Of a DNA stretch of 64,000 nt, positions 47,883 to 56,410 are shown piece by piece (the stretch's first letter is position 1; every line of letters starts with the position of its first letter). The notes beneath the pieces are model-generated. The model did no database searches and had not been told where the DNA came from. It saw only the letters and a list, made by a program, of their open reading frames with translations. Source of the DNA: Planctomycetota bacterium (GTDB taxonomy: Bacteria; Planctomycetota; UBA1135; UBA2386); the NCBI GenBank assembly GCA_965228735.1, contig OZ245838.1:4096001-4160000 (forward strand). The letters are read 5' to 3'. A program made the position numbers and the translations under genes.

Positions 47883-49649
47883 ATGCTGAAACAAACTCTC
47901 TTCGCCATCACCGCACTGACGTGCAGTGCGCTGAGCCAAAGCCCCCTCTCGACCTTCAACGCTCCGAACAACCAGGGCAACATCGGCGGCATCGTCTACT
48001 TCGACCTGACCGTCGGTGCCACGAACATCACCATCACCGACCTCGCCTGGGTGCCGGCAGCGATCGGCGCACAGGGCGGCGGCATGGACATCTACATGGG
48101 CCCGGCCAGCTGGCAGGGTAGCCAGTCGTCCGCCGCGGCGTGGTCCGTCGTCGCCTCGACGGCCGGCTCCGTCCCGCTGACGGCCGGCACGTTGACCGCG
48201 CCCGATCCGCTCAACAACGCGATCTGCCTCGAGGCGAACACGACCTATGGCTTCGCGCTCGTCGCCACCAACGGCACGTCGGGCTTCTCGCACAACTACC
48301 AGAACGGCACGGGTTGCCCGCTGACCGGCACGGCCACGGGTATCGGCAACGTCAGCACCAACGAACTGCAGTTCATCGGCGGCGCCGCCCAGAACGCCCC
48401 GTTCAACGGCACGGGCGTCTTCTGCCCGCGCGTCTGGCAGGGTGAGATCCACTACACGGTCGACCCGACCTGCACGCCGATCGCCGTCGCGACGAACGAG
48501 CAGTACGGCGAAGGCTGCGTCAAGGACCGCACCTCGTACGACGAGCAGTTCCTCAACCCGTCCACGTCGCTCGACGTCGCGGGCATCACGGTCCTGCACC
48601 AGTTCACCGGCAGCACGTACAACGTGTCGGTCGGCGGCACCCCGTTCACCCCGCCGGGTGCGGGCGCGATCGCGCTGCCGGTCACGTCCAACACGGACGT
48701 CCAGAGCGTCGCGGCCAACAACACGGGCGGCCAGCTGCCGTTCCCGGTCTTCTTCCCGAACGGCGCCGGTGGCGTCGGCATCGCTGACGACCTCGAGGTT
48801 TGCGCTTCGGGTTACGTGACCCCGGTCGACGTGGCCGGCGCGGGCACGACGGCGCCGGCTCCGGGCTCCAACCCGGGCGACCTGTCGTCCACGCTCGATG
48901 AGTTCCTCCAGGGTGCGGCGCGCTGGTGCCCGAACTGGGTGAACCAGGATCCGAGCACGAGCGGCTCGGTCGTCTTCGAAGTCCTCGGCGCCGGCGCTGA
49001 GCTCGTCGTCACCTGGTCCGCCGTCCCGTACGGTGGCCTCGCGACGAGCGCCAACACCTACCAGATCGCGTTCTTCGCGAACGGCGACGTCGAGTTCCGC
49101 TACGACGCGTCGCAGACCGGCGCTGGCGCCGGTGGCTCGTGGCCGACCCTGATCGGTTGGACCCCGGGTCCGGCGCCGGGTGCGACCCAGGCGCTGCAGA
49201 ACTCGCTCGACGTGTCGTCGATCAACCTCACGACCTCGCCGATCGACAACCAGGAGCTCTTCATCGACCTGGACATGCGTCCGGTGATCGGCACGAACCC
49301 GAACATCGTCCTCGACGGCTACGATCCGGCGCAGGCGGCCCTCGTGTTCCTGCTGTTCAACTTCACGCCGGACGTCCCGGGCACGCTGCTCTCGAGCCTC
49401 GGCATCGGAGCGGGTGACTGCCGCGGCTACGTCGCGATCAACTTCAACGCGCTCGCGCTCGGCACCGGCGGCGTCGCCCCGGTGACGCGCAGTCTCGTTG
49501 GTGGTCCGATCCCGTCGGGCGCCGGCCTCAACGGCCTCGAGTTCTACATCCAGGGCGCCGCCCTGCAGGCGAACTGCGCCAACGGCCCGTGCAACCCGCT
49601 CGGCGCCACGTTCTCGAACGGTCTGCGCATCTTCATCGGCCTGCTCTAG
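47883..49649 (+). CDS. Secreted/surface protein; paralog of 18580..20472
   Basis: Signal peptide ending ALS-Q; YGEGC; C-terminal RPVIG...GDC...FYIQ...FSNGL. Confidence 0.75.
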   Translation: MLKQTLFAITALTCSALSQSPLSTFNAPNNQGNIGGIVYFDLTVGATNITITDLAWVPAAIGAQGGGMDIYMGPASWQGSQSSAAAWSVVASTAGSVPLTAGTLTAPDPLNNAICLEANTTYGFALVATNGTSGFSHNYQNGTGCPLTGTATGIGNVSTNELQFIGGAAQNAPFNGTGVFCPRVWQGEIHYTVDPTCTPIAVATNEQYGEGCVKDRTSYDEQFLNPSTSLDVAGITVLHQFTGSTYNVSVGGTPFTPPGAGAIALPVTSNTDVQSVAANNTGGQLPFPVFFPNGAGGVGIADDLEVCASGYVTPVDVAGAGTTAPAPGSNPGDLSSTLDEFLQGAARWCPNWVNQDPSTSGSVVFEVLGAGAELVVTWSAVPYGGLATSANTYQIAFFANGDVEFRYDASQTGAGAGGSWPTLIGWTPGPAPGATQALQNSLDVSSINLTTSPIDNQELFIDLDMRPVIGTNPNIVLDGYDPAQAALVFLLFNFTPDVPGTLLSSLGIGAGDCRGYVAINFNALALGTGGVAPVTRSLVGGPIPSGAGLNGLEFYIQGAALQANCANGPCNPLGATFSNGLRIFIGLL

Positions 49650-49666
49650 GTCGATGTCGGAAAGAG

Positions 49667-49732
49667 CCGCGACGCTCCGGCGTCGCGGGTCGAAGGAAGG
49701 CCGCGGTGACATCGTCATCGCGGCCTTCTTTC
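49667..49732 (+). terminator. Double hairpin, probable bidirectional terminator
   Basis: CCGCGACGC-TCCG-GCGTCGCGG (49667-49688), then GAAGGCCGCGGTGAC-ATC-GTCATCGCGGCCTTC followed by TTT; lies between convergent genes. Confidence 0.65.
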
Positions 49733-49759
49733 GTCTGGACTCGAAAGCCGTGCCCCGGA

Positions 49760-50458
49760 CTAGCCGAAGCGCAGGAACCCGACCGGATCACCGACGACCG
49801 CGGTCTCGACGAGCTCGTCGTCCGCATCGTAGGCCACGCCCAAAGCCAGCGCCGGCTCGAGGAACCACGCGGCCTCCTCGGCCGACGTCGTAACCCAGCC
49901 GGGCAACGTGATCGCCTCGAACAACTGGCGGGCGAGTTCACGCGCGTTCTCGCGTTCGGCGGCGAAGCGCTCGACGTCGAGCTGCACGGGCGCGATGCGG
50001 CCGTAGGTGACATCGCTCAGCAGCGGCCAGGTCTCGGGGTCGGTGAACAGGCTGATGCACCCGACGTGGTCGAACGCCGCCGCCGTCGCCATCGATCGCG
50101 CGTCGGCGGCGAGCAGCTCCAACCCCGCGGGCGCACCCGCGCGTCGCAACGCGGCGTTGATGAGATCGCACTCGGCCTGTCGCAAATTGGTCGCGACCAC
50201 CCCGCGACCCCGGGCTTGTTCGGCGAGGAGTACGGGCAGTTCGCCCAGGCCAGCTCCCACCCAGAGCGACCGCCCGGCTCGCGGCAGCCGCCGCAGCAAA
50301 TGGTGGGCGAGCTGATCGCCCAATTCGACCAGGGCGTCGCGCCGGCTTCGCAGTTCGGATTCGCCTGCTTCGTGGAAGTAGATGTCACCGAGCGCGCGCC
50401 AGTCCAGGGCGTCGAGCACGCGCGCGAGCAGCCTGGACTGATCGTTCGGGTCCGTCAT
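49760..50458 (-). CDS. Hypothetical protein with a class I SAM-dependent methyltransferase-like fold
   Basis: SLWVGAGLGEL Gly-rich motif I, ADA and FDHV motifs; start ATG 50458. Confidence 0.5.
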   Translation of the reverse strand: MTDPNDQSRLLARVLDALDWRALGDIYFHEAGESELRSRRDALVELGDQLAHHLLRRLPRAGRSLWVGAGLGELPVLLAEQARGRGVVATNLRQAECDLINAALRRAGAPAGLELLAADARSMATAAAFDHVGCISLFTDPETWPLLSDVTYGRIAPVQLDVERFAAERENARELARQLFEAITLPGWVTTSAEEAAWFLEPALALGVAYDADDELVETAVVGDPVGFLRFG

Positions 50459-50481
50459 CGGGCAGCGATACCGCGACGCGC

Positions 50482-50835
50482 CTACTGCCGGATCGTGCCG
50501 AGCTGATAGAGCATCGGCCAGTTGAAGATCCCGGTCTTGTGACCGTCGGTCCACACGAAGCTCAGCCCGTAGCGTCCGACGAGCTCCTGGCCGAGGATCA
50601 GGATGTCCTCGGGAATCGTCTTCGGGTCGAGCAACGCGCGCCCCGTGCCTTCCTCGATGCAGTTCGCGCACGGGCACGCGAGGCGCAGATCGCGCGCCGC
50701 ATAGTCGTGCACGACGCCGTCCTTCCATTCGATGCGGAACACGAACGGCGAGACGAGCTCGGCGGCCCGGGGCTCGGGCCGTGGCGGCTGGTGAGGCGAG
50801 GGCTGGCCAGGTTGAGGCTGCGGAGACTGCGTCAT
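50482..50835 (-). CDS. DUF971 / gamma-butyrobetaine hydroxylase N-terminal-like protein
   Basis: IEWKDG, LRLACPCANC, VGRYG, WTDGHKTGIFNW. Confidence 0.85.
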   Translation of the reverse strand: MTQSPQPQPGQPSPHQPPRPEPRAAELVSPFVFRIEWKDGVVHDYAARDLRLACPCANCIEEGTGRALLDPKTIPEDILILGQELVGRYGLSFVWTDGHKTGIFNWPMLYQLGTIRQ

Positions 50836-50854
50836 GTTCGAGTAGGGTGCTCGG

Positions 50855-51472
50855 GTGCGAACCGGTGCGTTGATTCTGGCAGGTGGGCGCAGCGAGCGCA
50901 TGGGACAACCCAAAGAGCTGCTGCAGTTCGGTGACGAATCGCTGCTCTGCCGGATCAGCACCGCGCTGAGCACGGCCGCGATGCCCGTCGTCGTCGTTCG
51001 CCGGACCGCAGACCAACCCCTGCCGGAGCTGCCGAGCACGGTCACGGTCATCACCGACGATCGCCCTGGCGCCGGGCCGCTCGCCGCGCTCGCGACGGGG
51101 CTGCGGCACCTGATCGGGGCCGCAGCCTTCGGGCCGGACGACGCGGCGTTCGTGACCGCCTGCGACAGCCCGTTCCTGCGGGGTACCGACGTCGCCTGGC
51201 TCGCCGGCCTGCTCGGCGCCCACGACGCGGTGATCCCGGCGCCGAACGGCGAGCTGCAGCCGACCTGCGCGGTCTACCGTTGCCGCTGCCTCGCGGCCGC
51301 GGAAGCGCTGCTGCAGCAGAGCGTGATGGCGCCACGCGAACTCATCCGCGCACTCGCGGCCCGCACGCTCACGACCGACGAACTGCGGCAGCACGACCCG
51401 GATCTGCGCTTCTTGCGCAACGTGAACACGCCGGAGGAGTATCGGCGCGCGCTCGCCGACGCGGCATACTGA
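50855..51472 (+). CDS. mobA: Molybdenum cofactor guanylyltransferase MobA
   Basis: LILAGGRSERMG..K, GPLAAL, ACDSPF, NVNTPEE. Confidence 0.88.
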   Translation: MRTGALILAGGRSERMGQPKELLQFGDESLLCRISTALSTAAMPVVVVRRTADQPLPELPSTVTVITDDRPGAGPLAALATGLRHLIGAAAFGPDDAAFVTACDSPFLRGTDVAWLAGLLGAHDAVIPAPNGELQPTCAVYRCRCLAAAEALLQQSVMAPRELIRALAARTLTTDELRQHDPDLRFLRNVNTPEEYRRALADAAY

Positions 51473-51476
51473 CCGG

Positions 51477-52691
51477 GTGACGATCACGGCCGAGCCCCGC
51501 CCGCGGTGTTACCGCTGCATGCGGCCGCACGGCCACTGCATATGCGCGCTCGTGCCGCAGGTCGATACCCGGACGCGGGTCGTCATCATCCAGCACCCCG
51601 GCGAACGCGACCACCCGTTCGGCACCGCGAAGATCCTCGGCCTCGGCCTCCCGAACGCCGCGGTGCACACCGTGCACGGCGGCTTCAGCCGCTCGCTCGC
51701 GTGCCGCGATCTCGACGTGCCGGACGACGCGGTGCTGCTCTATCCGCACCCGGACGCGATCGAGCTCGAAGACCTCGCCGCGTCGACGAACACAGCGCCG
51801 TCGACGCTCGTCGTCCTCGACGGCACTTGGTCGCACGCGCGTCGGCTCTACCACGAGAACCCGTGGCTGCAGCAGCTGCGCCACGTCCGCATCACGCCGG
51901 CCGAACCCTCGCGCTACCGCATCCGCAAGGAGCCGCGACCGGAGTGCCTGTCCACGCTGGAAGCGACGGTCTGCGCGCTGCGCACGCTCGAGTCCGCGGC
52001 GACGCAACGAGGCCTCGACAAGCTCGTGGCCGCGTTCGACGGCATGATCGAGCATCAGATCGGTCACATGTCGAGCGCGCCCCGGCAGGTTCGCTTCCGC
52101 AAGCCCCGGCAGCGACAGCGGCGCGAGCTGTCACCGCTGCTCGAGGATCCGGGCTTCTGCGTCGTCTACGCCGAGTCGTCGCTGCCCGGCGGCGACCCGG
52201 GTGCCACGCGCGAGCTCGTGCAGGTCGCGTTCGCCGACCTCACGACGGGCCGTTCGCACGAACTGCTGCTGCGCCCGCGCACCGCGCCGCCGCCGCCGGG
52301 TCACCTGCGCCACATGGGGCTCACCGCCGATGAGCTGAACGGCGGCCTCACGCTCGATGAGGCCCGCGATCGGTTTCGCGCACTCGCCGGCCCCGGCCCG
52401 TTCGGTGCCTGGACGCAGACGATGCTCGACTGGACCGCAGAGCTCATGCCGGACGGCGCGGCCATGACCGTGCTCAAGACCAGCTACTGCAACTACCGCC
52501 ACCGCGGTTCGGGCTTCCTCGAAGAGGTGGTCGAACGCGAGCAGCTCGAGCCAGAGCCGACCCCGTGTCACGGTCGCGCCGCGAACCGGCTCAGCAACGC
52601 GCTCGCCGTCGGCCGCTGGCTGCGCGAGCTCCGGCGGGGCCAGGACGCGGACCTGAACGCGGAGACCAGGAACACGGAGAGCGGGCCATGA
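51477..52691 (+). CDS. DTW-domain protein (tRNA acp3U transferase TapT-like) with a C-terminal extension
   Basis: CxxC...CxC Zn motif, QHP.E, LLYP, LDGTW, LSTLEA; about 190 extra C-terminal residues. Confidence 0.8.
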   Translation: MTITAEPRPRCYRCMRPHGHCICALVPQVDTRTRVVIIQHPGERDHPFGTAKILGLGLPNAAVHTVHGGFSRSLACRDLDVPDDAVLLYPHPDAIELEDLAASTNTAPSTLVVLDGTWSHARRLYHENPWLQQLRHVRITPAEPSRYRIRKEPRPECLSTLEATVCALRTLESAATQRGLDKLVAAFDGMIEHQIGHMSSAPRQVRFRKPRQRQRRELSPLLEDPGFCVVYAESSLPGGDPGATRELVQVAFADLTTGRSHELLLRPRTAPPPPGHLRHMGLTADELNGGLTLDEARDRFRALAGPGPFGAWTQTMLDWTAELMPDGAAMTVLKTSYCNYRHRGSGFLEEVVEREQLEPEPTPCHGRAANRLSNALAVGRWLRELRRGQDADLNAETRNTESGP

Positions 52692-53473
52692 TCCTGACCG
52701 TTCTCGGCTCCGGCACGGCGATCCCCGAACCCGACCGGTTCCCCGCGGGATACCACGTCGCGAGCGGCGACACCTCCGTGCTCGTCGACTGTGGGCCCGG
52801 GACGCTGCGGCGGCTCGCGCAGAGCGGGCACTCGGTGCGCGACCTCGATGCGGTGCTGCTCACGCACTACCACACCGACCACTGCGCCGACCTCGCGGCG
52901 CTGCTGTTCGCGCTGCGTTCGCCGCACTTTCACGGCCGACCACCGCTCGACGTCTACGGCGCGCCGGGTCTCCGGCGGCTCGTCGAACAACTGCAGGGCG
53001 CCTGGCCGTGGCTCGAACCCCGCGGCTTCGAGCTGCGACTGCACGAGATCGGGCCCGGCGACCACGACATCGCGGCCGGACGCACTGGCACGGGGTCCAC
53101 CGGCACTGGGCTCACCGTCACCGCGATCCCGATCCGGCACACGGCCCAGAGCCTCGGCTACCGCATCCGTGATGCGCACGGCCTCGCCGCGTTCTCCGGC
53201 GACGCGGACGAGTGCGAAGAGCTCGTCGATCTGGCCAGGGACGCGGACGTGTTCGTCTGCGACGCCGCGGCCCCCGACGACGTGAAGATGGACGGCCACC
53301 TGACGCCGGGCCTGGCGGCCGACTACGCCGCGCGCGGCGGCGCTCGCCGGCTCGTGCTGACGCATTTCTACCCCGAGTGCCACGGGCGCGACCTTCGAGC
53401 CATGGCCGCCAGACGTTACGATGGCGAAGTCGTGCTCGCCGAGGACCTCATGCAACTCGACGTCGGCCCATGA
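52688..53473 (+). CDS. Metallo-beta-lactamase fold hydrolase, RNase Z/BN-like
   Basis: LTVLGSG, VDCGPG, THYHTDH, FSGD, GHLT, LTHFYP; ATG overlaps the upstream stop. Confidence 0.85.
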   Translation: MILTVLGSGTAIPEPDRFPAGYHVASGDTSVLVDCGPGTLRRLAQSGHSVRDLDAVLLTHYHTDHCADLAALLFALRSPHFHGRPPLDVYGAPGLRRLVEQLQGAWPWLEPRGFELRLHEIGPGDHDIAAGRTGTGSTGTGLTVTAIPIRHTAQSLGYRIRDAHGLAAFSGDADECEELVDLARDADVFVCDAAAPDDVKMDGHLTPGLAADYAARGGARRLVLTHFYPECHGRDLRAMAARRYDGEVVLAEDLMQLDVGP

Positions 53474-53524
53474 CCGTGACGACCAGCATCCCGGGCCTGA
53501 CCTGATTCCTTCGAACCAAAGCTC

Positions 53525-54217
53525 GTGCTCAACACCCTGGCTATCGATGTCGGCGGCTCCGGCCTGAAGGCGGCGGTCCTCGACGGCAACGGTGACCTGC
53601 TGACGGAACGTCGCAAGGTCGAGACGCCGGTCGGCGCGCGCCCCGAGGAGTTCGTCGCGACGCTGCTGGAGATGATCCAGCCGTTCCCCGAGTTCGACCG
53701 CGTCGCCGTGGGGTTCCCGGGCGTCGTGCGCAACGGCTTCATCCGCACGGCCGCGAACCTCGGCAACGAGGCGTGGCTCGGCTTTCCGCTCGGCAAGGAG
53801 CTCGAGGACCGGCTCGGCAAGCCCGTGCGCGTGGCCAACGACGCCGACGTGCAGGGGCTCGCGGCGATCCAGGGCAAGGGCGTCGAGGTCGTGATCACGC
53901 TCGGCACCGGATTCGGTTCGGCGGTCTACGAGAACGGCCGGCTCGGCCCGCACCTCGAGCTCGCGCACCATCCATTCCGCAAGGGTGAGACCTACGAGCA
54001 ACAGCTCGGCAACGAGACGCGACGCGCGATCGGGCAGAGCAAGTGGGAGAAGCGCGTGCACCGCGCGATCGAGTGCCTGCGCGCGCTCACCTTCTTCGAT
54101 CACCTCTACATCGGCGGCGGCAACGGCAAGCGACTCGTCGAGCAGCTGCCGCCCGACGTGACGATCGTCGACAACATCGCCGGCATCCGCGGCGGGATGC
54201 ATCTGTTCGAGGACTGA
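53525..54217 (+). CDS. ppgK: ROK-family polyphosphate glucokinase-like protein
   Basis: IDVGGSGLK, GFPG, NDADVQG, TLGTGFGSA, LELAH, IGGGN, NIAGI.GG. Confidence 0.75.
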   Translation: MLNTLAIDVGGSGLKAAVLDGNGDLLTERRKVETPVGARPEEFVATLLEMIQPFPEFDRVAVGFPGVVRNGFIRTAANLGNEAWLGFPLGKELEDRLGKPVRVANDADVQGLAAIQGKGVEVVITLGTGFGSAVYENGRLGPHLELAHHPFRKGETYEQQLGNETRRAIGQSKWEKRVHRAIECLRALTFFDHLYIGGGNGKRLVEQLPPDVTIVDNIAGIRGGMHLFED

Positions 54218-54229
54218 CCGCGGTGCGCG

Positions 54230-55357
54230 TCAGCGCAGCAGCTGTTCGTCCTGCAAGAACGCGAAGATCCGGTCGGCGAACAGGCGATGCCCGACATCGT
54301 TCGGGTGCTGGTCCGTGACGTGCGCCCAGAGGTCCATCTCGTCGTCACGACCGACGAAGTCGACGCTCGTGTCCACGCAGTGGATGCCGGCATCCTGGCA
54401 GAACTCCTGCACCATCCGGATCAGCCCGGCATACGGATACGGCTCCGCGTCGAGGTCGCTGAGCATCGGAAAGACGGCGACGACGAGCTCGATGCCCTCG
54501 CCGTCACACGTCGACTTCAGGTCGCGCAACGCGCCCTGCACCGCGTTCCAGACACCCGGCGCCTCACGCACCACGGCCGCGAAGTCGGTCCTCTGCCGCC
54601 GCGCTTCGCGCATGGCGGCGGACCAGCGCACGTAGCGCACGATGGCACTGAAGCTCTCGAACTCCTCGTCGTCGAACTTCGGCGGGACGTAGCTCAACAT
54701 CGGCACCGCGTTGGTATGCGGCTCCATGTCGTTGAGGCACAAGCCGACGATCACGAGGTCGGGATCGAGCAGCACCCCGTCCGTCTTCATCCACGCGTCG
54801 TAGCCCGTCGGGTTGTACGTGCCGCACGCGAAGCCGCAGTTGACGACCTGGGCCGGGCCGCGTTCCTTCAGCGCGAGTTCGAGCACGTGCGGCCAGGCGA
54901 GCTCGGCCGGCACCCCGCTGCCCCAGGTGAACGAGTCGCCGAGCGCCAGCACGCGGTACTCGCCCGCCGGCTTCGTGACCGGAAACTCCTCGTCGCGGAA
55001 CCCGCGCGAGCTGTGCCGCACGTCGATGCACCCGTCCGCGTCGAAGTAGTCCCAGCGCGGCCGGTCGTAGCCCTGCTTGACGTTCAGCGACGGGGTCAGG
55101 CGGCCGTAGGGGTGCTCGAGATCGCCGCCGCCCATGTAGCCACCCGCGCCGAGGAAATTGGCGATCTCGGACACCGGAATCTCGACGCCCGTCGGCGTGT
55201 AGAACTTGCCCGCGCCCGTGCCGCCCGGATCGGGCCCGAACCAGCGGAACACCATCTCGGCCGCGACGAGGGCCAGGACGATGGCGCCGACGAGCAGCGC
55301 AAGGCGCGGCAGCAGTCGGGAGTTGGGACGGGTATCTCGCTCGGAGCCGGGGGCCAT
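54230..55357 (-). CDS. Membrane-anchored SGNH/GDSL hydrolase
   Basis: N-terminal TM, GFRD, LGDSFTWG, ND, DQHPN..GH; start ATG 55357. Confidence 0.8.
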   Translation of the reverse strand: MAPGSERDTRPNSRLLPRLALLVGAIVLALVAAEMVFRWFGPDPGGTGAGKFYTPTGVEIPVSEIANFLGAGGYMGGGDLEHPYGRLTPSLNVKQGYDRPRWDYFDADGCIDVRHSSRGFRDEEFPVTKPAGEYRVLALGDSFTWGSGVPAELAWPHVLELALKERGPAQVVNCGFACGTYNPTGYDAWMKTDGVLLDPDLVIVGLCLNDMEPHTNAVPMLSYVPPKFDDEEFESFSAIVRYVRWSAAMREARRQRTDFAAVVREAPGVWNAVQGALRDLKSTCDGEGIELVVAVFPMLSDLDAEPYPYAGLIRMVQEFCQDAGIHCVDTSVDFVGRDDEMDLWAHVTDQHPNDVGHRLFADRIFAFLQDEQLLR

Positions 55358-55411
55358 CGGGGCGCGGATGATACCGGTTGAGCGGTCGCCGGACAGTGGC
55401 ATGATCGCCGC

Positions 55412-56275
55412 ATGACCCGCCGCGCGCTCCTCTGCACCGCCCTCCTGCTCGCGGGCTGCGGCGACGACGAGCCCGTGACGCCGGCGCGCCGGGAGCCGCA
55501 GCCGATGACGGACGCGGCGCGGGCGCGGCTCGCGCGGTTCGCGGATCCATCGACCTGGGCAGCGGTCGCGGGTCAGGACGGGATGGTGCGTGACCCGCGC
55601 ACGGGGATCACGTTCGTTCGGGTCCCGGCCGGCACGTTCACCATGGGCGGCGGGGTGCAGCCGCAGGAACAGCCGCAGCACGAGGTCGAGATCACGCGCG
55701 ATTATCTGCTGGCGCAGACCGAGCTCACCGTCGGGCAATGGCAGCGCTACGTGGACGAGTACGCGGGCGATCCGAACGTCGAACTGCCGCAAGGCGGCGA
55801 TCAGGATCCGACGCTGCCGATGACGCTGAACCTCCTCGACGCGCGGCACTTCGCCAAGACGTTCGCCTACCGTCTGCCGACCGAGGCCGAGTGGGAACGC
55901 GCCTGCACCGGCGGCCAATCGCGGGAAGCCGAGCCGTGGTCGTCCGAGGCCGGCATGCGCGAGCACGCGTGGTTCCACCGCAACGCCGACTACCGCGCGC
56001 ACCCGGTCGCTCAGAAGGCCGCCAACGCGTACGGGCTGCATGACATGCTCGGCAACCTGTGGGAGTGGTGCGCCGATCACTACGACCCGAAGGCGTACGA
56101 GGGGCGCGAACCGAGAGCGACGGATCCGACGACCGCGACCGGAGGCCCGCATCACGTCATCCGCGGCGGCTCCTGGTTCTCCGTCCCCCCGGCAACCCCC
56201 CGCACCCGCCTGGCCGAACTCGCGAACAAGCGCAGCGCGTTCTACGGCGTTCGCTTCGCAGTCACGCCGAACTGA
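55412..56275 (+). CDS. Lipoprotein with an FGE-sulfatase (SUMF1-like) domain
   Basis: Lipobox LLAGC; FTMG, YRLPTEAEWE, GLHDMLGNLWEWC, RGGSW, GVRF. Confidence 0.85.
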   Translation: MTRRALLCTALLLAGCGDDEPVTPARREPQPMTDAARARLARFADPSTWAAVAGQDGMVRDPRTGITFVRVPAGTFTMGGGVQPQEQPQHEVEITRDYLLAQTELTVGQWQRYVDEYAGDPNVELPQGGDQDPTLPMTLNLLDARHFAKTFAYRLPTEAEWERACTGGQSREAEPWSSEAGMREHAWFHRNADYRAHPVAQKAANAYGLHDMLGNLWEWCADHYDPKAYEGREPRATDPTTATGGPHHVIRGGSWFSVPPATPRTRLAELANKRSAFYGVRFAVTPN

Positions 56276-56284
56276 CAAGGATGG

Positions 56285-56386
56285 CCGTACGGTACCTGGT
56301 TCATCCTGCCGGAATCACACTCGCGCGCTCGCACAGCGGCCTCAGCCACTCCGCGATTCCAGCAGTTTGAACCAGGTACCGTACGG
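56285..56386. repeat. Palindromic REP/MITE-like element, copy 2 (102 bp, perfect 19-bp terminal inverted repeats)
   Basis: CCGTACGGTACCTGGTTCA (56285-56303) and TGAACCAGGTACCGTACGG (56368-56386); inner CTGCCGGAATC/GATTCCAGCAG also pair. Confidence 0.85.
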
Positions 56387-56410
56387 GTGGGTTGAAGTGA
56401 CAACGTGTTG

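Noticed and set aside
55412..56275. True formylglycine-generating enzyme for the sulfatase
   Set aside because: It lacks the catalytic Cys pair after RGGS (reads RGGSWFSVPP), so it is an FGE-fold protein only.
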